DNA of 64,000 bases from Gemmatimonadota bacterium (GTDB taxonomy: Bacteria > Gemmatimonadota > Gemmatimonadetes > Gemmatimonadales > GWC2-71-9), in contig JANYKV010000087.1 of the NCBI GenBank assembly GCA_025358055.1, positions 12,797 through 76,796 on the forward strand. Direction: 5' to 3'. Within the stretch, counting starts at the first letter, position 1; every line of letters begins with the position of its first letter. The notes under the pieces were generated by a model, which did no database searches, was not told where the DNA came from, and saw nothing but the letters and a program-made list of their open reading frames with translations. This document shows positions 29,203 to 38,122 of the stretch, piece after piece. The position numbers and the translations under genes were made by a program.

Positions 29203-29712
29203 CTACTTCACGGCCGCCGCACCGGCTCGGGCGACCTGGCCGTCTTGTTCGACACTACCACCCGATACCCCAATGGCGCCGACAACCTTTCCATCCACGA
29301 TGATGGGGATTCCGCCCTCGTTGGGTATCGTCCCCGTGAGACGCAGGACGCGAAGCCCGTCACCACCGGCCGCCACGGCATCCTGAAAGACCTTGGTTGG
29401 GCGGCGAAACAGGGCGGACGTACGTGCCTTCTCGATTGCGAGGTCGACGCTGCCGGTTTGGGTGTCCTGCATCTTCTCAAAGTAGACGAGGTAGCCACCG
29501 GGATCGACGATCGAGATCGCCATCGTCCATCCATGTTTTTGCGCCTCGGCGATTGCCGCCGCGGCCGCCATCTTTGCACTTTCCGTCGGGATGGGCAAGC
29601 CATAGGGGATGTGCGGCGGTGCGGCGAGAGGCCCTTGCGCGAACCCCGGCTGGGAAGCCACGATGATAAAAAGGACGGCAAGAAATGAGCATCTGAGAAG
29701 ACTTCGCGACAT
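29203..29712 (-). CDS. GlcG/HbpS heme-binding family protein (exported)
   Basis: IVDPGG.LV, A.EKARTSALFRRPT, GGIPI..DG.VVGAIGVSG; GGAGG RBS. Confidence 0.9.
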   Translation of the reverse strand: MSRSLLRCSFLAVLFIIVASQPGFAQGPLAAPPHIPYGLPIPTESAKMAAAAAIAEAQKHGWTMAISIVDPGGYLVYFEKMQDTQTGSVDLAIEKARTSALFRRPTKVFQDAVAAGGDGLRVLRLTGTIPNEGGIPIIVDGKVVGAIGVSGGSVEQDGQVARAGAAAVK

Positions 29713-29807
29713 GAGACCTCCAAAAGCCGACATTCGTCCCGAGCGGCGCATCGGGACTGGGGGCGGGAGCACAAGGAGCCCCGAGCGACCCCGTGGGCAA
29801 ACGCCGG

Positions 29808-30242
29808 CTATCCCGCTCCGCGCTCCCACGCCTGGACTGCGCCGGGCACGATTCGAAAGAGCGGATGCGGCACCGGCCGCTGCACGGCCAACAAATCCCG
29901 ATAGCGCTCCGGCTGCCGCCGCCGGAGCTTCCGCTGCAAGTGGGCCCACTCAAAGGCCAGTTGTCCCGTTGTCGCGGCGATCCTAGGCACCGGGCGCCGG
30001 CGGCCGAGCTTACGTCGATCGAACGCGTACCCGCGCGCTTGAGCTTCCTCATACACCAGCGCAAGGTAGCGATTCAGACACCCAACTGGCTGGCGCTGCG
30101 CCCGAAACCGAGTCAGTTGGGGGTGATGCCGGTACCCCTGAGTGCGGCCGCGAAGCACAGCACGAGCGAGCAACGCTTCACGCCAGAGGGCGACGAGGCC
30201 GATCCGGTCCAGATATTTCGGATGCACGGTCCATAACCGCAT
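29808..30242 (-). CDS. Pyrimidine-dimer DNA glycosylase/endonuclease V family protein
   Basis: MRLWTVHPKYLD..GLVALWREALLA...GYRHHPQL.RF. Confidence 0.88.
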   Translation of the reverse strand: MRLWTVHPKYLDRIGLVALWREALLARAVLRGRTQGYRHHPQLTRFRAQRQPVGCLNRYLALVYEEAQARGYAFDRRKLGRRRPVPRIAATTGQLAFEWAHLQRKLRRRQPERYRDLLAVQRPVPHPLFRIVPGAVQAWERGAG

Positions 30243-30355
30243 GCGCTCACATCTTCGGTCGGCCTACCAGGCCCGCGGTGAGCGGCAGCGCTGTTCAACT
30301 GTCCGCTCCAACCACATGGAAGGATGCCGGATCAAAGGCCGGGGACTCGAGGACC

Positions 30356-31516
30356 TCACAGGTAGCTCAGCCACACATCGCTCCGTCGCTGCTTGAGCGC
30401 CGCGAACCACCGGCAGAGCGGATACATCGCGACCACGACGGCTACCCACGCCAGGTAGACGACGGGCAGCGAGTATCCCCACCCGGGTGGCGCCGTGAAG
30501 GGATAGTGCGCGAGGTCGGGGGACTCGAACATCCAATGCGCCGATCCATAGCGCACGTAGCAGGTGGCGACGGCCAACAGGTGGATCAGCGGAAAGTGCA
30601 ACAGATAATAGAACAAAGGCACCTTGCCGATCACGAGCGCAGGCCGGAGCATTCGTGGCGTTCCGCGATCCACCGCCCAGAGAAAGACCACCGCCGGGCC
30701 GAGCGTCATCAGCAGGAACAGCAGTGACGGTGGGTATTTGATCGTGTTGAGGAACGAGAGCACGGTGAACAGCGGCGTCCCTTGATGCGTCCAGGGCGAC
30801 GGGTCGCCGTAAATATTGATGCCCCGAATCACGACAAACGCCAGAGTCAGGGAGAGTCCCAGGCGCAGTAGAAAGGTCCGGCGGCGATCGGTGTCCCAGC
30901 GGTAGACCTGTCCGAGGCCGAATCCCACGGCGGTGACGCCGATCCAGGGAATGAGCGGATAGGCCACAAACACCACATGCTGCGGGCTGTTCAACACGAA
31001 ACCCGGTGAATGGAGAATGGACCAGATCGGGTTCGCCGACTGCACCGAGTCGAGGAGGTTGTGGCCCGCGATCAGAACGACGCCGAGTGCGGTGACCACT
31101 GCCGCCGGCAGGCGAACGAGCGCCGAGAGCGTGATCATCGCCCAGCCGAGCGCCCAGATGACGAGCAGCATCGTCACCCGATAGTCGACGTTGAATTGGT
31201 AGGAGAAGCAGCGAAGCACCCCAAGTTCCAGAAAAATCAGCCAGAGGCCTCGCGTGAGCAGAAATCGGGAGAGTTCCGCCGGGGACTTCCGCGAGAGCGA
31301 GAGGAACGCGCCCGTGCCGGTGAGTAAGAAGAACACCGGCGCGCAGAAGAAGGTGATCCAACGCGTGAGGAACAAGCCGGCGCTGGCGGTGGCCAGATTT
31401 GTGGGACTCTGCCCGGGGATGCCGAAAAAGTCCCGGGTATGATCGAGCGCCATGATGATCATGATCATACCGCGCACGACGTCGATGGATTCGAGGCGCT
31501 TCCCGTTCTCCGCCAT
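30356..31516 (-). CDS. DUF1624/HGSNAT-like membrane acyltransferase
   Basis: RLESIDVVRG..MALDHTRDF, TRWIT.FCAP.F, YPLIPWIG, KYPPSL. Confidence 0.88.
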   Translation of the reverse strand: MAENGKRLESIDVVRGMIMIIMALDHTRDFFGIPGQSPTNLATASAGLFLTRWITFFCAPVFFLLTGTGAFLSLSRKSPAELSRFLLTRGLWLIFLELGVLRCFSYQFNVDYRVTMLLVIWALGWAMITLSALVRLPAAVVTALGVVLIAGHNLLDSVQSANPIWSILHSPGFVLNSPQHVVFVAYPLIPWIGVTAVGFGLGQVYRWDTDRRRTFLLRLGLSLTLAFVVIRGINIYGDPSPWTHQGTPLFTVLSFLNTIKYPPSLLFLLMTLGPAVVFLWAVDRGTPRMLRPALVIGKVPLFYYLLHFPLIHLLAVATCYVRYGSAHWMFESPDLAHYPFTAPPGWGYSLPVVYLAWVAVVVAMYPLCRWFAALKQRRSDVWLSYL

Positions 31517-31542
31517 TGTCCCTCCTGTGATAGCCTCCAGGC

Positions 31543-32955
31543 TTAGCGCGCGACGTTCACCACCTGAATCGTCGTGTATTCCTTGAGGCCGTCCACGTTG
31601 AACTCGACCCCGATTCCGGAGGATTTCACTCCTCCGAACGGTGCCATCGGGTGGAGGCCGCCATGCTGGTTGACCCACGCCGTACCGCACTCCAGCCGAG
31701 ACGCGAGGTTCGCGGCTTCCGCTGAATCATTGCCCCACACGGAGCCCCCGAGCCCCACGTCGAGCGAGTTCGCGCGGGTGAGCGCCTCTTCGACGGTCCG
31801 ATACTTGAGGATCGGGATCGCCGGCCCGAACTGCTCCTCCTTCACCAGGAGCATGTCGTCGGTCGCGTCGGCCACCACCGTGAGTGGGTAGAAGAAGCCC
31901 GGGCCTGCGGGACGAACGCCGCCGGTCACGACCCGCGCGCCTTTCGCCCGGGCCTCGTCGACGTATGAGCCCACCTTGTCGCGCTGCATTTCGTTCGTCA
32001 GCGGACCGACGAGGTTCTTGGGATCCATGCCATCTCCCACCGGGATCTTCGACACGAACTCGGCGAACTTGGCGACAACGTCTTCGTACTGGCTCTCGTG
32101 AACGTACAACCGCTTGAGCGCGGCACAGGTCTGGCCGCCGTTGATGAAACAGCCCCAGAAGAGCTTCTCGAGGAGCGGCTCGATGGCGGTGCCCGGTAGC
32201 ACGATCCCGGCGTCGTTGCCGCCGAGTTCGAGGGTGAGGCGCTTCAAGGTATCGGAGGCGCCGGCCATCACCGACTTGCCGGTCTTCACCGACCCCGTGA
32301 ACACGATCTTGTTGATGTCGGGGTGGGTGACCATCCGGGTCCCGACCTCCGCATCACCAGTGACCACGTTCACGACCCCGGGCGGCAGAACCGTGTTCAT
32401 GAGCTCGACCAGCCGGAGGGTTGAGAGCGGGGTGTACGGCGAGGGCTTGATCACGATAGTGCATCCGACCCGCACAGCGGGCATGATGTGCCAGGTCGCG
32501 ATCATGAGCGGCCAGTTCCAGGGCGTGATCGATCCGACGACGCCGACCGGCTTTCGACGGACAACGATGCTCCCCTTCGCGTCGTCCTGAATGGTCTCTT
32601 CGGGAAGGGCCAAGCTCGCGGTGACTCGGGTCCACGCAACGCAACCGCCGGCCTCGAGGTTGGCTCCCGGCCCACTCTGGGCCTTCCCTTGTTCGCGCGT
32701 GACCAGCGTCGCCAATTCGCCGGCATGTTGCTGGAGGACGGTGGCGACCTCGTTGAGTTTGGCAACCCGTGCGGCGTCGGGGAGCGCAGACCACGCCGGG
32801 AACGCTCGCCGTGCCGCCTTGACAGCTTGATCGAGGAGTTCCACGCTGCCCTGGGGACAAGAGGCGACCAAGGTCCCGTCGGCGGGGTTTCGAATCTCGA
32901 AGGTCTGGTCGGGCGAGACGGCCTTGCCGTCAATCGTAAGGGAATACGTTTGCAT
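31543..32955 (-). CDS. Aldehyde dehydrogenase
   Basis: ITPWNWP, KPSPYTP, FTGS, LELGGND, NGGQTCAA, EEQFGP. Confidence 0.92.
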   Translation of the reverse strand: MQTYSLTIDGKAVSPDQTFEIRNPADGTLVASCPQGSVELLDQAVKAARRAFPAWSALPDAARVAKLNEVATVLQQHAGELATLVTREQGKAQSGPGANLEAGGCVAWTRVTASLALPEETIQDDAKGSIVVRRKPVGVVGSITPWNWPLMIATWHIMPAVRVGCTIVIKPSPYTPLSTLRLVELMNTVLPPGVVNVVTGDAEVGTRMVTHPDINKIVFTGSVKTGKSVMAGASDTLKRLTLELGGNDAGIVLPGTAIEPLLEKLFWGCFINGGQTCAALKRLYVHESQYEDVVAKFAEFVSKIPVGDGMDPKNLVGPLTNEMQRDKVGSYVDEARAKGARVVTGGVRPAGPGFFYPLTVVADATDDMLLVKEEQFGPAIPILKYRTVEEALTRANSLDVGLGGSVWGNDSAEAANLASRLECGTAWVNQHGGLHPMAPFGGVKSSGIGVEFNVDGLKEYTTIQVVNVAR

Positions 32956-33150
32956 TCGTCATGGCTCCGATTGGAACAGTTGAGTACTGGTCATGCGTTG
33001 GTGAAGGTTGGTGGTCCCCTCGTCGCCCCGAGGGGCGCCCAGGTCGGCCCTCAAAAAGGGACCCCTCTTCCTGGAGGAAGGCCCGGCCCAGACAGAGCAA
33101 AGTCACCCGCGAGGGTAACGGGAGCGAGTTGGAGCACGAGCGCGACGGAG

Positions 33151-33939
33151 TCAGCGTGCCGGCAACACCAGCAGTCGGATTTGGTTGACCCACAAGCGGA
33201 CCTCATGGTCTAGGAAAAGCCTTCCGAGTTCCGCGGATGAATACGTGGGGTCACCGTCGACGCCCGTGGTCTCCCACACACCACCTGGGGCGATCTTGTC
33301 CTTCCGCACCCACCGCGCCTCTCGATCGAGAAACAGGAGCTTCGATGTATCCGGAATGTGCGCGTGTTGACCGACGGGCATGCCGTGGGCTTTCAGATAC
33401 CGATTGACCTCTTCGTCATATGGGCCACCGTCGGCGAAGTAGACGTGGATGCCCTTGGGTGCCCACGATGCCTCCAAGGACGCGGCCACGTTCTTGAGGG
33501 CGGTCCAACCGCCACCGTGTTCGCCCATCAGGATCACGTTGCGGAAGCCTGCCGCAATGGCGCTCAGGGCAACCTCACGAGCGACCGCGCCGAAGGTCTC
33601 GTCGGTGACGCTGATCGAGCCCGGGAACGCCATGAGGTCGTCTTTGAGGACGGGATCACCGGTCGGGGCAAACGGCATCGTGGGATAAACCAGGGCGTCA
33701 CCAAGCTCCTCGGCGATACGAAGGGCGACGTAGCGGGCAAGGATGTTGTGCTTGCCGAGCACCATATGGGGCCCGCCTTCTTCGACGCTTCCTGCGAGAT
33801 ATAGCGCGGTTGTATGGCCGGCCGCGATGGCGTCGCGCACTTCGATCCAGGTGAGGTCTTCAATAAAGACCGATGGGGACTGGGCTCGGGTGACCGACCC
33901 GAAAGCAAGGCTGAGCAAAGTGCAAGCGAACATTTTCAT
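33151..33939 (-). CDS. Exported creatininase-family protein
   Basis: IEDLTWIEV, GSVEEGGPHM, FPGSISV, GEHGG, HAH..DTS, GVDGDP; signal peptide. Confidence 0.82.
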   Translation of the reverse strand: MKMFACTLLSLAFGSVTRAQSPSVFIEDLTWIEVRDAIAAGHTTALYLAGSVEEGGPHMVLGKHNILARYVALRIAEELGDALVYPTMPFAPTGDPVLKDDLMAFPGSISVTDETFGAVAREVALSAIAAGFRNVILMGEHGGGWTALKNVAASLEASWAPKGIHVYFADGGPYDEEVNRYLKAHGMPVGQHAHIPDTSKLLFLDREARWVRKDKIAPGGVWETTGVDGDPTYSSAELGRLFLDHEVRLWVNQIRLLVLPAR

Positions 33940-34346
33940 GGCCTTCTCTCCTCCGCGACCGAGCTGCCGGGTACCTCTAGTTGGGCCTTGAGCTCCACGC
34001 TGATGACATGCAGTGGCGTCGGCCCGACGTTCTCGAGTGAGTGCGGCGCTAACGGCTCACCCCAGAGCACGGGCGGCGGGCTCTGGAGGCTGCCTGAGGC
34101 GCGGGTGTCCACAAGGACCGTTCCCTCGGCGTCGCGCCGCACAAACGCACTCCAACTGATGATGTAGTGCACGGCGGGCCACCGATGCGTGTGAACGGGC
34201 GTGCATCCCCCAGGAGCGATTTGCGTATCCAGCACCCGCACCCGGGCATTTTCGAGCAACAGGCGGTGCTGCTCAGGCGCCGCCACAAGGGCGTCGAGAT
34301 CCGGGGTCCACCGTGAGGCAGATGACGTGCTCTCTTTGGGCGTCAT
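33936..34346 (-). CDS. Cupin-like protein
   Basis: LDALVAAP..HRLLLENARVRVL...HTHRWP...PHSLENVG. Confidence 0.82.
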   Translation of the reverse strand: MTPKESTSSASRWTPDLDALVAAPEQHRLLLENARVRVLDTQIAPGGCTPVHTHRWPAVHYIISWSAFVRRDAEGTVLVDTRASGSLQSPPPVLWGEPLAPHSLENVGPTPLHVISVELKAQLEVPGSSVAEERRP

Positions 34347-34351
34347 GTGTA

Positions 34352-34374
34352 GGTGAACGTGTGAGTTTAGCGGC
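34352..34374 (-). mobile_element. attC-like right-arm remnant
   Basis: Minus strand GCCGCTAAACTCACAC-GTTCACC, 5 bp before ATG 34346; resembles the 3' end of classical attC sites. Confidence 0.5.
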
Positions 34375-34418
34375 ATCCGGAGGCTGTCCCCGCGGGAACG
34401 ACGGGTCGGGTACCGCAT

Positions 34419-35282
34419 TCAAGACCTTCCGAACCTCTCGTCAAGATAATCGAGCAATTCCCCGGGGAGCCATTCATGAAACTCCTCGCGATCAAAACCC
34501 TCGGGATCCGTTGACGGAAGGAAGTTCGCAAGTCTCATGTGGAGCGGGAACGGACTCAAGAACGAAAAATGACCGGCGTTCGCAATAACTCTGCAGGTGA
34601 CCTGACCCCTATCAGGAACACCGTTCAGCACAAGGTCCGCGTGCCATCGAGGAGTAAACGCGTCGTGCTCGGCGATCAGCATGAGAATCGGAACGGTCAC
34701 ATTGCCTAACGAACCTTCGGGCAGGTACCAGGCGGTAGCCGGCGCGAGTAGAACAAGGGTCCGAACGCGTGGATCCGGCACCACTTCCACTCTTTGCCGA
34801 CTTTCCGACCAAGGTGTGCCGCCCGCCACTGCCAGAGCCGTGTAGCCCCCCATTGAATGTCCGATGATTGCGACATTATTTGACCGCACGCAAGCGCTGA
34901 ACTGGGCGTCGGAGGCAACCGCATCAATCGCGAGCCGGACATGCCTCGGGCGGTTCTCCAGGTTTTCGTGAGCGTTTGCCAATTCGTTGTTGTTGCGGTT
35001 GTTCCCAGGGTGTTCGAGCAAGGCAACCACGTAGCCGCTCTTCGCCAGATGCGTACCGATGGTTCGATAGAGAAGATGCGAACCGCCGCTTCCATGGGAA
35101 ACCACTACGAGAGGGAATCGGCCGTCAGCAACAGGGGCGTCCGGGCTGACGTCGATGGTATATGCCCCAAACGCAGTGGGGGTCGGTGGTAGGCGTGTCG
35201 GGTACAGGACGAGGGCGGGAAACGAAACGTCCTTTGTGTCATCTTTCACCTGCATTTGACGGCTCCCAACGAACATGCGCAT
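34419..35282 (-). CDS. Alpha/beta hydrolase (predicted dienelactone hydrolase-like)
   Basis: PLVVVSHGSGG, GHSMGG nucleophile elbow, AGHFSFL; preceded by a perfect GTTAGGT core at 35303-35309. Confidence 0.85.
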   Translation of the reverse strand: MRMFVGSRQMQVKDDTKDVSFPALVLYPTRLPPTPTAFGAYTIDVSPDAPVADGRFPLVVVSHGSGGSHLLYRTIGTHLAKSGYVVALLEHPGNNRNNNELANAHENLENRPRHVRLAIDAVASDAQFSACVRSNNVAIIGHSMGGYTALAVAGGTPWSESRQRVEVVPDPRVRTLVLLAPATAWYLPEGSLGNVTVPILMLIAEHDAFTPRWHADLVLNGVPDRGQVTCRVIANAGHFSFLSPFPLHMRLANFLPSTDPEGFDREEFHEWLPGELLDYLDERFGRS

Positions 35283-35335
35283 GCGCGTACTCCACGTTTA
35301 ATACCTAACCCCAAAATGGTATCAACTGTGCTCGC

Positions 35336-36181
35336 CTACCGAAGCGCGCGCGCCAGTGCCGCCGGTCCCACACCGCGGAAGATCGTGTCGTGCGCGAGAT
35401 CTGGGCGGGGCGCGTACACCCACGCGAGCCCCCGCAGCGGCAGGGTGCGCAGCAGCGCCGCGAGGCGTGCCGTCCCGGTCGTGATGTCCGCGACATTCGA
35501 GCTGGCCAGATAGAGCGTGCGCGGCGCAGAGTCGAGGGCGGTTAGGCGCGCCGGAGCCGAATCTACGAGTGCGCCGCCGTTCCACCACACACTCGGGTCG
35601 AGAGCGATGTAGTGGTCGAAGAGCCGCGGCTCCGCGAGGAACGTCTCCAGAACGAACAGGCCGGCGAGCGACTCGCCCACGATCGCTCGCTCCTCGGTCG
35701 TGCGGTAGCGAGCTCGGACCGCCGGGATGAGTTCGTCGCGGAGAAAGAGTCGGAAGGCGGCCGAGCCGCCCACCCGCTTCGCGATCGCGCTGTCGGCTGC
35801 GACGCGCGTGGGCCCGGTGAGATCGCGGCGGCGCTCCGTATTCGGTATCCCGACGACAATCACCGGCCGGATCGCGCCCAGAGCGATCAGGGAGTCGACC
35901 GTGTGCACCACGTGCGGAAAGTCCTCGTCGATGCCACCATCTGGCATGTAGAGCACCGGCAAGTGGGCTACAGATGGCGCGTGATAGCCCGGGGGCATAT
36001 GCACGTTGACCGACCTGGCCTCGCCGAGCGCTCGGGAAACGATCGTGAATGTGTCGTGCGCAGGTACCGGATCCTCGCCCGGCGGCGTGCCCTGCGCGCC
36101 GAGGGGGCCCGCCAGAAGGGCGAGGGCCACCAGACGTCCGAGCGATGGCCAGATCTGGAAGCGGCTCGGCGTTATCGTCAT
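35336..36181 (-). CDS. Exported putative esterase (IroE/Fes-like)
   Basis: PVLYMPDG, RRRDLT, GGSAAF..FL.DEL.P, GESLAG, PSVWW. Confidence 0.85.
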   Translation of the reverse strand: MTITPSRFQIWPSLGRLVALALLAGPLGAQGTPPGEDPVPAHDTFTIVSRALGEARSVNVHMPPGYHAPSVAHLPVLYMPDGGIDEDFPHVVHTVDSLIALGAIRPVIVVGIPNTERRRDLTGPTRVAADSAIAKRVGGSAAFRLFLRDELIPAVRARYRTTEERAIVGESLAGLFVLETFLAEPRLFDHYIALDPSVWWNGGALVDSAPARLTALDSAPRTLYLASSNVADITTGTARLAALLRTLPLRGLAWVYAPRPDLAHDTIFRGVGPAALARALR

Positions 36182-36229
36182 CGATAGTGTGGTCGGCGAA
36201 GATGCGTGGCAGCGGCTCTCAGCCGCCGT

Positions 36230-36257
36230 GCCCAATAAGTCGCAGTCAGCTGCAACG
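36230..36257 (-). mobile_element. Collapsed attC-like remnant
   Basis: Minus strand CGTTGCAGCTGACTGCGACTT-ATTGGGC; shares the TGCAGCTGAC core with 20876-20885. Confidence 0.4.
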
Positions 36258-36314
36258 AAGGTCATCGCTGCCTCCTCGCACCTGAGCTGCTGCCGTTCGA
36301 AGCGAGGCCATCGA

Positions 36315-36797
36315 TCACGAGGTTCCTTGCTCGGCGGACCACGTCGCGATCTGAGCGTGGTGCCCCGACCACGCTTCCCACACCGACTCCGCCCAGGCTC
36401 GCGCCGCCGGCGCAATCGAATCGTCCGACCCGGACAACGGTATGTCGACGACCGTGCGAGTCGACCTGAAGGATGGCGGGTGAAGCCAGTGAAAGTCCCT
36501 CTTGCGACCAAGAAGACGCGGGACGCCTACCGGCCGCAGTCGCACGAGATAGTCGTGAAGGTTGAGAAGGTGAACGGCCACCGACCGGATTGCCTGCGGA
36601 TTCGGCCGGCCCGGATGGGTCACCGCGTAGGCGTCCACGCACATTTGGCGCGCGGCCTGAAGCCTCGGCTCGATTGAGAGGATTCCGAGGAGCTCCCCAT
36701 ACCGCGCCCAGCATCCGGGAGCGGAGGTCATGTAACGGTGGATGGGCCCGTCAATCTTGGCGATCTTGGCGCCACATCCAATGCACGGTTCTGACAT
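36315..36797 (-). CDS. DUF5946-like protein
   Basis: CIGCGA..GPIHRY..APGCW..YG...VDAYAVTHPG...SVAVHL..W...VWEAW. Confidence 0.8.
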   Translation of the reverse strand: MSEPCIGCGAKIAKIDGPIHRYMTSAPGCWARYGELLGILSIEPRLQAARQMCVDAYAVTHPGRPNPQAIRSVAVHLLNLHDYLVRLRPVGVPRLLGRKRDFHWLHPPSFRSTRTVVDIPLSGSDDSIAPAARAWAESVWEAWSGHHAQIATWSAEQGTS

Positions 36798-36833
36798 GTC
36801 GTCCCCAGGATCCCTGGGCTAGGCAACTGTTGG

Positions 36834-37616
36834 CTACACGTCCGCCACGCTGAGTGGACGCGGCTGACGACCATCGACGTCGGTGAAACCGTACTCCTCA
36901 GCCAACGCCGCCGCAACCAGGACGGCGCCGGTCCGGCGCGAAACGTGGGGGTCACTGGCCAATGCCGCCACGGCTCGGCCGATGAACTCTGGACTTTCGG
37001 AGTGGCTCAAGTCGAACACCCCGGCAGCCAGCACCGCCTCGGTGCGGACGAGGCCGGGATACAGCGACACGACGGTCACACCGTGGGATTTCAGCTCGTG
37101 CGCCATATCCGTCGTCATCTTATCGGTCGCCGCTTTCGCCACACCGTATAGCGTATTGGCGATGTGCTTCTGGGCGGCCCAAGAAGAAATCTGCACAAAC
37201 AGGCCGCGGCGCGCCTCGACCATCGTACGTGCTGCGTGCTGACTCGCAACGAACGCCGCGCGCACGCCCGCGGTAACCATCGCGTCCCAGCGCCATGTCG
37301 GTTGCTTCCAGAACGGTGCAATGAACGTGAACTGGCCATCTTCAACCATTCGTTCGTAACCGCCCCACGCGACGTTGACGAGAATATCGAGTCGGCCGGT
37401 CGTGTCTCCGATTTGTCGGAAGGCCTTCGCGACGTCTAGATCGTTGGTGTGGTCGCATGCGATGGCCGTGATGTCGGAACCGAGTTCTGCGTGGGTGACA
37501 CTTCGACCGGTTGCGAAGACTTTCGCACCGGCATGGGCAAGGCCAAGCGCAACTCCGCGCCCGACCCCACGACTCGCGCCCGTGACCAGAGCGACTTGTC
37601 CCTGAAGTGTCGTCAT
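36834..37616 (-). CDS. SDR oxidoreductase (DHRS1-like)
   Basis: TGASRGVG, YGVAK (YxxxK), PGLVRTE, SESPEFIGRAV. Confidence 0.9.
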   Translation of the reverse strand: MTTLQGQVALVTGASRGVGRGVALGLAHAGAKVFATGRSVTHAELGSDITAIACDHTNDLDVAKAFRQIGDTTGRLDILVNVAWGGYERMVEDGQFTFIAPFWKQPTWRWDAMVTAGVRAAFVASQHAARTMVEARRGLFVQISSWAAQKHIANTLYGVAKAATDKMTTDMAHELKSHGVTVVSLYPGLVRTEAVLAAGVFDLSHSESPEFIGRAVAALASDPHVSRRTGAVLVAAALAEEYGFTDVDGRQPRPLSVADV

Positions 37617-37645
37617 GCTCGATTGTCTCCGATGCTGCTTCGGCT

Positions 37646-37770
37646 GTCTAACGAGTGGCATTCTGCTGTAAGGGCAGTAGGCCGGCGGGGCGGCCCACTG
37701 TTACACCAATGATATCGCACGGCCCCACCGACCGTAAAGCCGCCTTTGGCAGCAGAATGCTTTGTTCGCT
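37646..37770 (-). mobile_element. Complete attC-like recombination site (125 bp)
   Basis: Minus strand AGCGAAC-AAA-GCATTCTGCTGCCAAAGGC...GCCCTTACAGCAGAATGC-CACTC-GTTAGAC. Imperfect palindrome with one unpaired extra base on the first arm, perfect GTTRRRY core, then RBS and ATG of the SDR gene. Confidence 0.72.
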
Positions 37771-37859
37771 GGCACCAGTCCGATGTTCCCTGCAGACGCT
37801 CGGCGTGGACACGGCGCGTTACTGGGCGTGACGTTGGGCGCTCGCACCTGCCGCTACGG

Positions 37860-38005
37860 ATTTGGACCGGCAATGGTATGGATCGATGGCGTGCTTGGAT
37901 CTGCGCATGGTCCGCAGCGGACATAGGCGTCACCGGTTGTCCCTCCAACACCGAGTTGTCGCGCATGAGTTCCTCAAACCCCGGCTTCGAGAAGCAGGCA
38001 CGATG
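37860..38005 (-). pseudogene. C-terminal gene remnant (possibly cupin-like) upstream of the attC
   Basis: FSKPGFEELMRDNSVLEGQPVTPMS...QARH reads as a protein tail with no N-terminus; boundaries approximate. Confidence 0.35.
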
Positions 38006-38122
38006 AATGGAATGCGAGTGGCCGGTATGAAAGCGGACTATTCTCGGTGGCGCGCTTGCTAGAAATAGGACACTGATGCATCATTAGCCTCCTCGTCCCA
38101 TTAGCGCACCAGGAGACATACC

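Noticed and set aside
33091-33125. c-di-GMP-I riboswitch-like GCAAAGTCACCC-GCGA-GGGTAAC hairpin
   Set aside because: It lacks the following GACGCAAA segment and points away from the nearest gene start; an Rfam scan would settle it.
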